NCBI GenBank assembly: GCA_034376805.1
Contig: JAXMJF010000063.1
Location: 58,600 to 122,599, forward strand
Direction: 5' to 3'
Length of the DNA stretch: 64,000 nt
Source: Arthrobacter sp.
Lineage (GTDB): Bacteria; Actinomycetota; Actinomycetes; Actinomycetales; Micrococcaceae
Below, piece after piece: positions 47,183 to 58,677 of this stretch. Every line of letters begins with the position of its first letter. Within the stretch, counting starts at the first letter, position 1. The notes under the pieces were generated by a model. It was given only the letters and a program-made list of their open reading frames with translations, had not been told where the DNA came from and did no database searches. A program made the position numbers and the translations under genes.

Positions 47183-47939
47183 CTCCGGCGTGTTCGGTCA
47201 CGGGGACTCCTTCGCTCATCAAGTGCTCTGCCATGTTGAAGCTCTCCAGCTGCCACGGGCCGGTGCCGCCCGGCCGGACGAAACGGCTCACGGAGGCGTT
47301 GAGAATGGCGGTGGTGGCGGCGATGTCCAGCAGTTCGCGCTCCGTCAGGCCCTCCAGGATGTAGCGGACCAGCATGATGACGGCGTCGTGGCAGACCAGC
47401 AGCACCCGCTGGCCGGGGTACGAACGGTCCAGATCGGCCAGCAGGGAGCGCAGGCGGAGGACGACGTCGGCCCACGATTCGCCGCCGGGCGGGCGGTAGT
47501 AGAACTTGCCCAGCCACCGCCGCCGCTCCGCTTCCTGGGGGAGCCTGGCCTCCACCCCGGCCGAGGTGAGCATGTCCAGGATGCCGAGCTCGCGGTCACG
47601 CAGCCGTTCATCCAGCAGGACCTGCGTCTTCCAGCCCCCGGTGTGCACGGCCAGTTCCGCCGTCTGCCGCGCCCGGAGATACGGGGAGGACCACACGGCG
47701 GCACGCCCGTCCTCCGGAAACCCGGCGAGCAGCCCGCCGAGCGCCAGTGCCTGCTCGCGTCCGGTTCCGGACAGCTCGACGTCGGCATCCCGCGCCGGAA
47801 CGTTGATGACGTGCGCGCCGGACTGGTGAGCCAGCGTGGCGGCGACGTTGCCCTGACTCTCGCCGTGCCGGACGAGCAGAAGCTCGGTCATCCCGGGCAG
47901 GCCGGTCAAGCGCTCGCGGGTCTTTCCGTTGTCATTCAC
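47160..47939 (-). CDS. Histidine phosphatase (phosphoglycerate-mutase family)
   Basis: LLLVRHGESQGN catalytic RHG; GTG 47939 after GGGGG (ATG 47891 alternative); 23-nt overlap with downstream gene. Confidence 0.8.
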   Translation of the reverse strand: MNDNGKTRERLTGLPGMTELLLVRHGESQGNVAATLAHQSGAHVINVPARDADVELSGTGREQALALGGLLAGFPEDGRAAVWSSPYLRARQTAELAVHTGGWKTQVLLDERLRDRELGILDMLTSAGVEARLPQEAERRRWLGKFYYRPPGGESWADVVLRLRSLLADLDRSYPGQRVLLVCHDAVIMLVRYILEGLTERELLDIAATTAILNASVSRFVRPGGTGPWQLESFNMAEHLMSEGVPVTEHAGDANVHPR

Positions 47940-48042
47940 TGCTACCCCCTGGGTCCGGGCCGGTTCTGTGTGGCTGCCACGTTACTACCGGCGCGATAGC
48001 CTGTCGCCGCCGTCCCGGCGCCGGGACTGGCAGGATGGGACC

Positions 48043-49167
48043 ATGCGCATTCTGATCGCCCCGGACAAATTCAAGGGCTCCCTGACCGCCGCCGAAGCCG
48101 CCTCCGCCATCGCCGAAGGTGCCCTGCGCGTTTATCCCGATGCCGAGGCCATCCAGTTTCCGGTGGCCGACGGCGGCGAAGGAACGCTCGAGGCGGCCGT
48201 CGCCGCCGGGTACGAGGAGCGGCTGAACGCCGTCGTCGGCCCGATCCTGGCGCCGGTGGGCGCCGCCTGGGCGATCCGGAAGGACGCGTTCGGCGGTGCC
48301 ACTGCCGTGATCGAAACGGCGCAGGCCTCCGGGCTGGCGCACATGGAACCCACCCCGGCCAACGCCCTGCGCGCACACAGCTACGGCTGCGGCCAGCTGA
48401 TCGCCGCGGCCCTCGACGCCGGCGCGACGGAGATCGTGCTGGGCCTGGGTGGCTCGGCAATGAGCGACGGCGGCAGCGGCGCCCTGCGCGCGCTGGGCCT
48501 CAAACCGCTCGACGCCGCGGGCAATGTCGTGCCGCTCGGCGGCGGCTCGCTCGCCGACGTGGCACAGCTCGATGTCAGCGGCCTCGATCCGCGGCTGGGC
48601 TCCGTCACGTTCCGGATCGCCGTCGATGTGCAGAACCCGCTCGTTGGCGGCGACGGCGCCGCCCACGTGTTCGGCCCGCAGAAGGGCGCCGACGAGGACG
48701 CCGTGGAACTGCTCGACGCCGGACTCCGCAACTGGGCCTCGGTGCTGCGCCAATCCACCGGCCGGGACGTCAACGTCCCCGGGGCCGGGGCGGCAGGTGG
48801 CTTCCCGGCGTCGTTCCTGGCGTTCAGCAATGCGGCGCTGGAAGGCGGCTTCGAGCTGGTGGCCGGGCTCACCGGACTGGCCGACAAACTCGCGCAGGCG
48901 GATCTCGTGATCACCGGGGAGGGCTCGTTGGATTCGCAGTCGCTGACCGGCAAGGCGCCGATTGCGCTCGCCGATGCCGCCCAGGGCCTCGGCATTCCCG
49001 TGATTGTGGTCGCGGGACGGATCCTGGTCACCCAAGAGGACCTCGCCAAACACGGCGTGGTGGCCGCGGCGCAACTGCTCGACGTGGCCGGGAGCCCGGA
49101 CGACGCCGTCGCTAACGCCGCGAAGTACCTCACCTGGGCCACCAGCCAGGTGCTCGAGGGGGCCTGA
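48043..49167 (+). CDS. Glycerate kinase
   Basis: MRILIAPDKFKGSL N-terminus, ADGGEGT, LVITGEGSLDSQS motifs. Confidence 0.85.
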   Translation: MRILIAPDKFKGSLTAAEAASAIAEGALRVYPDAEAIQFPVADGGEGTLEAAVAAGYEERLNAVVGPILAPVGAAWAIRKDAFGGATAVIETAQASGLAHMEPTPANALRAHSYGCGQLIAAALDAGATEIVLGLGGSAMSDGGSGALRALGLKPLDAAGNVVPLGGGSLADVAQLDVSGLDPRLGSVTFRIAVDVQNPLVGGDGAAHVFGPQKGADEDAVELLDAGLRNWASVLRQSTGRDVNVPGAGAAGGFPASFLAFSNAALEGGFELVAGLTGLADKLAQADLVITGEGSLDSQSLTGKAPIALADAAQGLGIPVIVVAGRILVTQEDLAKHGVVAAAQLLDVAGSPDDAVANAAKYLTWATSQVLEGA

Positions 49168-49229
49168 ACGCTCAGGCACCAGGCGCACGCTGCCATGTGC
49201 TGCCCTCAGGGCTCTGGGCATTTGTCCTC

Positions 49230-49787
49230 TCAGTTCCCTTGTTCGGCATGCTGCCGGAGTCTGCTTGGCACATACACCAGCAGGATCAGCAGCACCGCCA
49301 ACAGCACCGCCCCGGCAGCCAACCCCGCCGTCCGGCCCGCCGTGACGTCGAAAACCAGCGCGGACGTGCCGACGCTGAGGAGCCCGATGCCGGCCAGGGC
49401 AACCTTCGCGATCTTATCCGCGCTGGACACGAGGGCCGCGCGGAGATGCAGACGGAACAGGCGGCGGTGCACGCTCACGGGCAGCAGGATCAGGGCCGTG
49501 GTGAGTGCGGCCAGCGCAACGTTGGCAAGGTAGAGAGTGATCTGGAAATCGTCCAGCGTCTCGAACCTCGACTGGAACGGCAGGGTCAGCAGGAACCCCG
49601 CGAGGATCTGCACACCGGTCTGCAGCACCCGCAGCTCCTGCAGCAGTTCCATCCAGTTCCGGTCCAGTTTTTCGACCGGGGACTCGTTGCGCTCGTCGGC
49701 CGCGGACCCGTTCTGAGCGGACTCTCTTGGCTCGGGCTTCGCCGGAGCGGACTCTTGTGGAGCGGACACAGACTCTCGATCGGACAC
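49230..49787 (-). CDS. DUF6328-type membrane protein
   Basis: ELLQELRVLQTGVQILAGFLLTLPFQ signature, 3-4 TM helices. Confidence 0.7.
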   Translation of the reverse strand: MSDRESVSAPQESAPAKPEPRESAQNGSAADERNESPVEKLDRNWMELLQELRVLQTGVQILAGFLLTLPFQSRFETLDDFQITLYLANVALAALTTALILLPVSVHRRLFRLHLRAALVSSADKIAKVALAGIGLLSVGTSALVFDVTAGRTAGLAAGAVLLAVLLILLVYVPSRLRQHAEQGN

Positions 49788-50003
49788 TGGATCGCCTCCG
49801 GGTGAATGCGGATCAGGCTGCGGTGGCAGTTAACACTCAACCTAGGCTTGAGATCTGCGAAATTCAAGGCGTTACTAAGGTTGCTGATGAATTTCCGGGT
49901 AGGGTGGAATTGTTTACTTCGTGGAGCAGCTTCGCAGGTCCGGGTCAGCGCCCGTGGCCGGGGGAGCAGCCCCTGGACAACCGACACGTTGGGTAGGTGG
50001 ACT

Positions 50004-50903
50004 ATGAGTGATTCGAACAAACAGCAGGACCAGCCGCGCGACCCCCGGGACGGCTACTACTCCGGGTCCTTCCCGGAGCAGGTGCAGGAACAGCCGGGCC
50101 TCACCGCGCCCATGGACCCCCAGCCGGACCACGGCGAGGAGAGCTACCAGGGCAGCGGCGCCCTCGAAGGCAAGGCCGCGCTGATCACCGGCGGGGACTC
50201 CGGGATCGGCAAGGCGGTGGCCATCGCCTTTGCCCGGGAGGGGGCCGACGTCGCCATCTCCTACCTGCCGGAGGAGGAAGCCGACGCCCAGGACACCGCC
50301 GCGTGGATCCGCAAAACGGGCCGCAAGGCGCTGCTGATCGCCGGCGACGGACGCCATGAGGATTTCGCCACCCGGATCGTGGACGACACGCTCGCCGAGT
50401 TCGGCCGCCTGGACGTCGTGGTGCTGAACGCCGCGTACCAGAAGAACCGCGACAGCTTCGAGTCCCTGCCCACCGAGGAGTTCGACCGCGTTTTCCAGAC
50501 CAACCTCTACTCGCTGATCTGGACCGCGCGGGCGGCGGTGCCGCATCTAAAAGCCGGCGCGTCGATCATCACGACGGCGTCGATCCAGGCGTTCAACCCC
50601 TCGCCCGAGCTGATCGACTACGCCATGACCAAGGCCGCGCAGGTCGCGTTCACCAAGGCCCTGGCCCAGGAGCTCGGCCCGAAGGGGATCCGCGTCAACG
50701 CCGTGGCGCCCGGCCCCATCTGGACGCCCCTGATCCCGGCGACCGAGTGGCCGGAGAAGCTGCCGTCCTACGGCCAAGACACCCCGCTGCAGCGGGCGGG
50801 ACAACCGGCGGAACTCGCGCCGGCCTACGTCCTCCTTGCCTCCGACCACGGCTCCTACATTTCCGGTGCCGTCTTGCCGGTCACGGGCGGCAAGGGTCTC
50901 TGA
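50004..50903 (+). CDS. SDR oxidoreductase of the YghA/YdaD general-stress type
   Basis: ~55-aa hydrophilic N-terminal tail, then ITGGDSGIG, NAA, YAMTK catalytic motif. Confidence 0.85.
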   Translation: MSDSNKQQDQPRDPRDGYYSGSFPEQVQEQPGLTAPMDPQPDHGEESYQGSGALEGKAALITGGDSGIGKAVAIAFAREGADVAISYLPEEEADAQDTAAWIRKTGRKALLIAGDGRHEDFATRIVDDTLAEFGRLDVVVLNAAYQKNRDSFESLPTEEFDRVFQTNLYSLIWTARAAVPHLKAGASIITTASIQAFNPSPELIDYAMTKAAQVAFTKALAQELGPKGIRVNAVAPGPIWTPLIPATEWPEKLPSYGQDTPLQRAGQPAELAPAYVLLASDHGSYISGAVLPVTGGKGL

Positions 50904-50973
50904 GCCGCTGCAAAACATTTCCGACAGACCCAAGAAACCACGCAGTTCACGATTCCAGTACGGGAGGAACAGC

Positions 50974-51492
50974 ATGACCCAGGAGAAACAGCAGGAACCG
51001 ATCGAGGAAGCCGGCGGCTACGGAACGCCGACGGCGGAGCAGGAACTACCCGGCGGAGACACCACGAAATTCGCCCAGCCCCGCCAAGAAGAAGCTTTCG
51101 ACGCCGCAGGACTCAGCCAGGACAGCCCGGACGGGGAAACCTACCCGGCCGGCGCCCCGGACCTGAGCCAGTTCGGCGCCGAGGACCAGGACAGTGCAGG
51201 AGAACCCGGAGCAGGACGCTTCGGAGGAACGGAGGAACAAATGAGTTCAGAAAACGCCAGCACAACCCCCGGCTACGACGCCGACGCCTCGGAAAATTCC
51301 GAGGCGGCCGTGCCGTCCTCGGAGGCGGAGATGGACGCGTCCAACACCGAAGAACCCGACGCCGGCCGGCCGTTCTCCTCGGAGCCCGGCCAGGACGCGG
51401 CCGGCCTGCCGGACGGATCGGGAACGGACCTGCCGGAGGACAAGGAACCCAAGGACCGAGGCGACGACGAGGAAGCCTTCGACGCCGGCTAG
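50974..51492 (+). CDS. Highly acidic, low-complexity (likely disordered) 172-aa protein
   Basis: ATG after GGGAGGA; D/E/P/G/A/S-rich throughout, no hydrophobic core; same strand 70 bp after the stress-type SDR. Confidence 0.55.
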   Translation: MTQEKQQEPIEEAGGYGTPTAEQELPGGDTTKFAQPRQEEAFDAAGLSQDSPDGETYPAGAPDLSQFGAEDQDSAGEPGAGRFGGTEEQMSSENASTTPGYDADASENSEAAVPSSEAEMDASNTEEPDAGRPFSSEPGQDAAGLPDGSGTDLPEDKEPKDRGDDEEAFDAG

Positions 51493-51580
51493 CCCGCCAC
51501 CAAACAGCGAAGGCCGGGTCTCGAACACCCACGTGGTGTTCGGGACCCGGCCATTTCGCCGCAGAGCGGCGCCGCGGTCG

Positions 51581-52918
51581 CTAGCGGCGTTTCTTCGGAG
51601 GGCGCTTCACGGCGGCGGTGGCTGCGGCCACGACGCCTTCCGTTTCCGGCTCCGCAACCGTGCCGCGGGCCTTCGCGATCGCCTTCATGCCGTGGTAGAT
51701 CACCAGGGCCGCCGCGGAGCCCAGGGCGATGCCGGTGAACACGAGGTCGCCGATGGTCCAGGTGTAATCGGCGATGCCGACAATAAGTGCGACGGCGGCC
51801 GTGGTCAGGTTGATCGGGTTGGAGAAGTTGACCTTGTTCTGCACCCAGATCTTGACGCCCAGGACGCCGATCATGCCGTAAAGCATCGTCGCGGCGCCGC
51901 CCAGCACTCCGGCCGGAACGGTGGCGATCAGCTCGCCGAACTTCGGCGAGAAGCTCAGCACCACGGCGAAGACGCCGGCCACCCAGTAGGCCGCCGTCGA
52001 GTAGACCTTGGTGGCGGCCATCACGCCGATGTTTTCCGCGTAGGTGGTGGTGCCGGAGCCGCCGCCCATGCCGGCAAGCACGGTGGCGGCGCCGTCGGCC
52101 ATCAGCGCGCGTCCGGAGACGCCGTCGAGGTTCTGGCCGGTCATGGCGGACACGGACTTCACGTGGCCGATGTTCTCCGCCACAAGCACCAGCACCACGG
52201 GCACGAACAGGCCAACGACGCCGAGGTGGAATTCCGGGGTCTGGAAGAACGGCAGCCCCACCCACGCGGCGGCGTCCATCTTGGAGAAGTCCACTTCGCC
52301 GCGGATCATCGCCACGAAGTAGCCCACCACCACGCCGACCAGGATGCTCAGCCGGCCCAGGATGCCGCGGAAGAAGACGCTGACGACGATGATCGTGACC
52401 AGGGTGATCAGGGCCGTGATCGGGGCCGCGTCGAAGTTGTTCTTCGCCGCGGGCGCGAGGTTGAGCCCAATGAGCCCCACGATGGCGCCGGTAACGATCG
52501 GCGGCATCAGGCGGTTGATCCAGCCGGCGCCGAACTTCTGCACCACCGCACCGATGATCGCCAGCCCGACGCCGGCCAGCACTACGCCGCCGAGCGCGCC
52601 GGCAACGCCGTACTGCTGCTGCGAGGCCATGATCGGGGCGATGAACGCGAAGCTGGACCCCAGGTAGCTCGGCACCTGGCCCTTGGTGATGACCAGGAAC
52701 AGCAGCGTGCCGATGCCGGAGAAGAAGAGGGTGGTGGCCGGCGGCATGCCGGTGATGATGGGGACCAGGAAAGTAGCGCCGAACATGGCGACAACGTGCT
52801 GCATCCCGACACCAATGGTCAGCGGCCAGGCAAGGCGCTCATCCGGCTTCACGACCTCGCCCGGACGGATGGACTTGCCGTTGCCGTGGAGCTTCCATTT
52901 GGTACCGAGCATGCTCAT
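51581..52918 (-). CDS. NCS2-family nucleobase:cation symporter (uracil/xanthine permease)
   Basis: GMQHVVAMFGATFLVP, YLGSSFAF, ENIG motifs. Confidence 0.85.
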   Translation of the reverse strand: MSMLGTKWKLHGNGKSIRPGEVVKPDERLAWPLTIGVGMQHVVAMFGATFLVPIITGMPPATTLFFSGIGTLLFLVITKGQVPSYLGSSFAFIAPIMASQQQYGVAGALGGVVLAGVGLAIIGAVVQKFGAGWINRLMPPIVTGAIVGLIGLNLAPAAKNNFDAAPITALITLVTIIVVSVFFRGILGRLSILVGVVVGYFVAMIRGEVDFSKMDAAAWVGLPFFQTPEFHLGVVGLFVPVVLVLVAENIGHVKSVSAMTGQNLDGVSGRALMADGAATVLAGMGGGSGTTTYAENIGVMAATKVYSTAAYWVAGVFAVVLSFSPKFGELIATVPAGVLGGAATMLYGMIGVLGVKIWVQNKVNFSNPINLTTAAVALIVGIADYTWTIGDLVFTGIALGSAAALVIYHGMKAIAKARGTVAEPETEGVVAAATAAVKRPPKKRR

Positions 52919-53132
52919 TGCCGGGGCCTTTCAGAGAATGTGTGGCGGGGCGGGAAGGAATCTTCCGGAGCAACTTTACCGCGCCGGTGTTTCCGGCATG
53001 CGTCGCCGGCGGCGCCGCTGTGCCGGAGGTCACGGGGCAATACGGGAAGCAGGAGGCGGAAGTTGAAGTTGCAACTAATGACAGCAACCAGTGGCCGCCG
53101 CCCCCGGCGGGCCGCCCAGCGAAAGGGACCTC

Positions 53133-53738
53133 ATGACCATCGCCCATGACGAAGCAGTAATCGACGCCGCCGCAGTGGACGCCATCTTTGCCGAGGCCCG
53201 CACGCCGAACACCTTCACCGGCGAAGTCACCGATGAGCAGGCCCGGGCCATCTACGAACTCACCAAGTTCGGTCCCACCGCCTTCAACTCGCAGCCGCTG
53301 CGCGTGACTTACGTCAGGTCCGCGGACGCCCGCGCCGCCCTGGTCGATACCCTCGCCAACGGCAACCGCGCCAAGACTGCCTCCGCACCGCTCGTCGCCG
53401 TCCTCAGCTACGACACGTCCTGGCAGGAACAGTGGGAGAACTTCCTGCCCGGCTACAACGCACCCAAGGCCATGTACGACGCTGCCCCCGACCTCGCCGC
53501 GGCCACCGGCAACAACAACGCCCACCTGCAGGCCGGCTACTTCATCCTCGCCGTCCGGTCCCTTGGCCTCTCCGCCGGACCCATGACGGGCGCGGACTTC
53601 ACCGCGATCGATGAGGCGTTCTTCCCCGACGGCGGCCAGAAGAGCTTCCTCGTGGTCAACATCGGACAGCCCGCGGCCGACGCCTGGGGCGCGGCGAAGC
53701 CGAAATTCGCCTACGAGGACGTCGTCCGCACGGTCTGA
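53133..53738 (+). CDS. Nitroreductase-family protein, RutE-like (malonic semialdehyde reductase type)
   Basis: ARTPNTF, PTAFNSQP motifs; 201 aa. Confidence 0.7.
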   Translation: MTIAHDEAVIDAAAVDAIFAEARTPNTFTGEVTDEQARAIYELTKFGPTAFNSQPLRVTYVRSADARAALVDTLANGNRAKTASAPLVAVLSYDTSWQEQWENFLPGYNAPKAMYDAAPDLAAATGNNNAHLQAGYFILAVRSLGLSAGPMTGADFTAIDEAFFPDGGQKSFLVVNIGQPAADAWGAAKPKFAYEDVVRTV

Positions 53739-54154
53739 CCGGAGTGTTGCGCTGACGGGGGGGCCGCGCTCAGCCGGCGGAATGCAAAGCGTCCCAGGCG
53801 GCACCAGCCACGACGCCGATCCCCGCGCCGATGCAAGGCTGTTTTGCGTCCTCGTTGGATCAGCCGGGCACGCGGAGGTGCCTCCGGCACCATGGGGGAC
53901 AGGCCGGAGGCACTCGGGACGCTATTCTGCGGTTGAGCGCAAGGCCGCATCCGGGGCCGCTTCCCAGTTTAGTCCGCTTTGAGGCCGTAAACACAGGGCC
54001 GGCGGTCCCTTTCAGCGGCCCAGTCCGGCCCGCTCACGTCGCATCCGAGACCGTGGTCACAATTCCTTGTCGCGGAGTGCAATACTAAGGTCACCTGCGG
54101 CGCGGAGTCGACGCAAATCGGGCTATTGCGAGCGGACCGGGGGGCCACTACATC

Positions 54155-55327
54155 ATGCTTGACGTCGCAACCTTGCGTGTCGCCCTGGCGGTGGTCGATC
54201 TGACCCTGCTGCTGCTTTTCTACTTCATCACTTTCCGCCGGACGCGTTCGGCCTACAGCGGATGGTGGTGTCTGGCGCTGCTGCTGTTCCTGTCCGGCAA
54301 CGCGGCTTACCTGCTGGACGGGACCCCGCACCAGGTCTGGACCAACCCGCTCGGGAACGTGTTTCTCGTGGCGGGCGCGGCCAGCATCTGGGCCGGTGCC
54401 CGTTCGCTGCGGACCACGATACCCAAGATCTGGTACCTCGCGGCCGGGCCCGCCATCACCGCCGTAGCGTCGATGCTGGACCAGCCGGCCACCAACGTGT
54501 GGTCCGGCGGCCCTGCCTATCTCGGATTTATGGGCCTGCTGATCGGACTCGGCTGCCGGGAACTGTTCCTGCTGGACCGGCACTTTTCGCGGGTCCACCT
54601 CACCCTGGCCGTGGGTTCGGGCCTCTTGGCCGCGTTCTACCTGGGCCGCTTTGCCGCGTTTGTGCTCGAAGGCCGCGACGGAACAGTATTCCTGACCTTC
54701 TTTGGATCCGTTCCGATGACACTCTGTTCGGCCGTGATCATGGTGGTGGCGTCCTTCACCATGGCGGAGCTGAGCTACGAGCAGCAGACCCAGGACCTCC
54801 GTGCGCGGGCCACGGTGGACGGGCTCACCGGGCTGTTGAACCGCACAGCGTTCCTGGACCTTGCCGAGAACGAACTGCGCCGCCTCAACCGGGCCAGAAC
54901 CACGGCGTCCCTGATCCTGGCGGACCTGGACCACTTCAAGGCCATCAACGACGAGTACGGCCACTCGGCCGGCGACGTCGCGCTGCAGGCGTTCGCCGAC
55001 GCCTGCACCTCAACGGTCCGCTCGACGGACTTGGTGGGCCGCTACGGCGGCGAGGAGTTCATCGTCCTCCTGCCGGGAGTGACCCCCGAAAGGGCCGGGG
55101 AAATCGCCTCGGAGATCAGCGCCCGGATGCAGGCCTCAACGTCGCCGGTGATCCCGCGCCTGCCTACCTCGAGCTATGGAATCGCCTCGACCGCGCCCGG
55201 CCGCGTGGACCTTGGCGCAATGATCGCCTCCGCGGACGCCGCTCTCTACCGTGCCAAGACCTTGGGCCGGGACCGCTCCGTCCTGGCGGGCGGACTCGAG
55301 GGCGGCCCTGAGGAAGAGCCGGCCTGA
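54155..55327 (+). CDS. Membrane-anchored diguanylate cyclase (GGDEF)
   Basis: ~6 N-terminal TM helices; DGLTGLLNR, DLDHFKAINDEYGH, RYGGEEF active site. Confidence 0.9.
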   Translation: MLDVATLRVALAVVDLTLLLLFYFITFRRTRSAYSGWWCLALLLFLSGNAAYLLDGTPHQVWTNPLGNVFLVAGAASIWAGARSLRTTIPKIWYLAAGPAITAVASMLDQPATNVWSGGPAYLGFMGLLIGLGCRELFLLDRHFSRVHLTLAVGSGLLAAFYLGRFAAFVLEGRDGTVFLTFFGSVPMTLCSAVIMVVASFTMAELSYEQQTQDLRARATVDGLTGLLNRTAFLDLAENELRRLNRARTTASLILADLDHFKAINDEYGHSAGDVALQAFADACTSTVRSTDLVGRYGGEEFIVLLPGVTPERAGEIASEISARMQASTSPVIPRLPTSSYGIASTAPGRVDLGAMIASADAALYRAKTLGRDRSVLAGGLEGGPEEEPA

Positions 55328-55365
55328 GCGGGGCGGCAGGCCCAGCGATCAGCTTAAAGACAGGA

Positions 55366-55400
55366 CCGCCTGCGGGCTGAACCAGTCAGCCCGCAGGCGG
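55366..55400. terminator. Perfect 15-bp stem hairpin (bidirectional terminator candidate)
   Basis: CCGCCTGCGGGCTGA-accag-TCAGCCCGCAGGCGG between convergent stops 55327 and 55427. Confidence 0.65.
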
Positions 55401-55426
55401 TGCCTGAAGAAGTGAGCCGGGGGCGG

Positions 55427-57088
<1,662 letters not shown>

Positions 57089-57224
57089 TGCACCAGCATG
57101 CCAGACCGGCATGGCACGCAACATGATTTCGACGCATTACGGCCCCTGTGACGCAAGAAATATCCTGCTCAACGCCGCGGGACGGCGGTAGGCTGAACCC
57201 AGAGACGTCCAGAGGGGGAAAACC

Positions 57225-57800
57225 ATGACTGACCAGCCGAAACCGGAGAAAGACGGGACGCCGGAGGGCTACCAGCCGCCGTCGTATATTCCTGGCCAGG
57301 AGGCCGGCGAGCAGTACCGCCAGCCCGCCGCCGACTACAGCCGGCCCACGGAGCCGTACGCCACGCCGGATGGCCCGGGACCGCAGCAGACGTTCGGCCA
57401 GCAGCCGTACGGGCAGCAGTCCTACGGCGCCCAGGGCCAGCAGCCGTTCGGGCATCAGCAGTATGGTGCGCCGGTACAGTATGGCCAGCCGGGCAGCCCG
57501 TTCAATGCCTACGGTCAGCCGGCCTATTACGGCGTACCCCCGGAGCCCAAGGGCCTGAGCATCGCCAGCCTGTGCTGCGGCATCGCGGCCTTTGTTGGGC
57601 TGGGTTTCTTTCTCCTGCCGCAACTCGCGGCGGTCATCCTCGGGCACATGGCCCTCAAACGGGAGCCGTCGGGCAAAGGCATGGCCATAGCCGGCCTGGT
57701 GCTGGGTTACGTAGGGATCGCGCTGGCCCTGCTGGTCTTCGTGATCATCGCGCTGGGGCTGGCGATCGGCTCCGCAAGCTACCGGGGCGTCGGGGCCTAG
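57225..57800 (+). CDS. DUF4190 membrane protein with Pro/Gln/Tyr-rich N-terminal region
   Basis: QQPYGQQ repeats followed by two TM helices (SIASLCCGIAAFVG ... GLVLGYVGIAL). Confidence 0.7.
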   Translation: MTDQPKPEKDGTPEGYQPPSYIPGQEAGEQYRQPAADYSRPTEPYATPDGPGPQQTFGQQPYGQQSYGAQGQQPFGHQQYGAPVQYGQPGSPFNAYGQPAYYGVPPEPKGLSIASLCCGIAAFVGLGFFLLPQLAAVILGHMALKREPSGKGMAIAGLVLGYVGIALALLVFVIIALGLAIGSASYRGVGA

Positions 57801-57827
57801 GCTCCTCCTCCGGCCATCTTTCAGCGG

Positions 57828-58673
57828 TCAGCCGGTAAGCGCCACCAACAGCCGCCCGGCATTGGCCTCGAGCCACTCGCCGCGTCGGCGGATCATGCCG
57901 CCGACGCCGTCGTCCCACATCCGCGCCCAGCCGCCGCCGAGCACCCGGGCGTTGTGTTCCATCCTTTGGTAGGTCAGCGCCGTCGCCTCGACCCCAAAAG
58001 CCGGCAGTTGCCGCCGTTCCTCTGCGCTCCAGCCGTAGGCGTCGGCGAAGATCCGGAGCCGCCGGTACGGGTCGGTCGCTTCCCAGCCGGGCCACCCGTC
58101 GGCCGGATCGCGGAGCGGGACCCAGTGCATCGCGGTGTTGAAGGAGTCCTTGAAGGCCGTGGTGGGGCCGGCGAGGTCGAAGTCCACCAGGCCGGCGGCG
58201 CGGCCGTCCCGGACCACGACGTTTTGCGGTGTCACGTCGAGGTGGCAGACGAGTTCCGGCGGGTCCTGGCGGACCGGACGGGGCGGGAACGGATGGGCGT
58301 CCGGCGCGAACCCGGCCGAGGCCGTGTGGAGCCGGCGCAGCAGCTGCGCCACGGAAACCAGGAGCTCCTCGGACTGCACCCAGGCCTCCGGGATGGGCCC
58401 GGCGCACTGTCCGGGCAGGAACGTCAGCACGTCCCGGCCCTCGGCGTCCCGGCCCAGGAACCGCGGGGAGGCGTCAAAACCGGCGTCTTCCAGCCAGTCG
58501 AGGTACGCGGCGACGGCCAGTGATTGCGGCTGGTGCGGCCGGCGGATGGTCCCGCCGATCCGCACCACACCGTCGGTGACATCGCCCGCCGGCATGAGTT
58601 CGACGTCGGACGCCTCGCCTGCGGCGGGGACGTAGACGCGGGACTCAAGTGGCGCGCGGTGCCTGGGGCTCAT
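57828..58673 (-). CDS. Aminoglycoside-phosphotransferase-fold (APH/choline-kinase family) kinase
   Basis: Brenner motif CHLDVTPQN and DFD Mg-binding motif; 4 nt after the peptide-permease stop. Confidence 0.7.
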   Translation of the reverse strand: MSPRHRAPLESRVYVPAAGEASDVELMPAGDVTDGVVRIGGTIRRPHQPQSLAVAAYLDWLEDAGFDASPRFLGRDAEGRDVLTFLPGQCAGPIPEAWVQSEELLVSVAQLLRRLHTASAGFAPDAHPFPPRPVRQDPPELVCHLDVTPQNVVVRDGRAAGLVDFDLAGPTTAFKDSFNTAMHWVPLRDPADGWPGWEATDPYRRLRIFADAYGWSAEERRQLPAFGVEATALTYQRMEHNARVLGGGWARMWDDGVGGMIRRRGEWLEANAGRLLVALTG

Positions 58674-58677
58674 CGGC

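Noticed and set aside
52919-53132. Possible purine/pyrimidine riboswitch or PyrR attenuator upstream of the NCS2 permease
   Set aside because: I recognised no purine-riboswitch core and no PyrR-binding motif on the minus strand. Only generic GC hairpins are present.
53780-53800. ATGCAAAGCG resembling the ACGCAAAGC core of the c-di-GMP-I (GEMM) riboswitch, near a GGDEF gene
   Set aside because: I could not find the other conserved GEMM segments or the paired helices. The site lies ~370 nt upstream of the cyclase start, directly after another gene's stop. An Infernal scan would settle it.
53770-53862. Minus-strand 29-codon frame encoding SNEDAKQPCIGAGIGVVAGAAWDALHSAG (small membrane-peptide-like)
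   Set aside because: It is bounded by stops, has no ATG, GTG or TTG at a usable position, and has no RBS. It may be a gene remnant, not a callable CDS.
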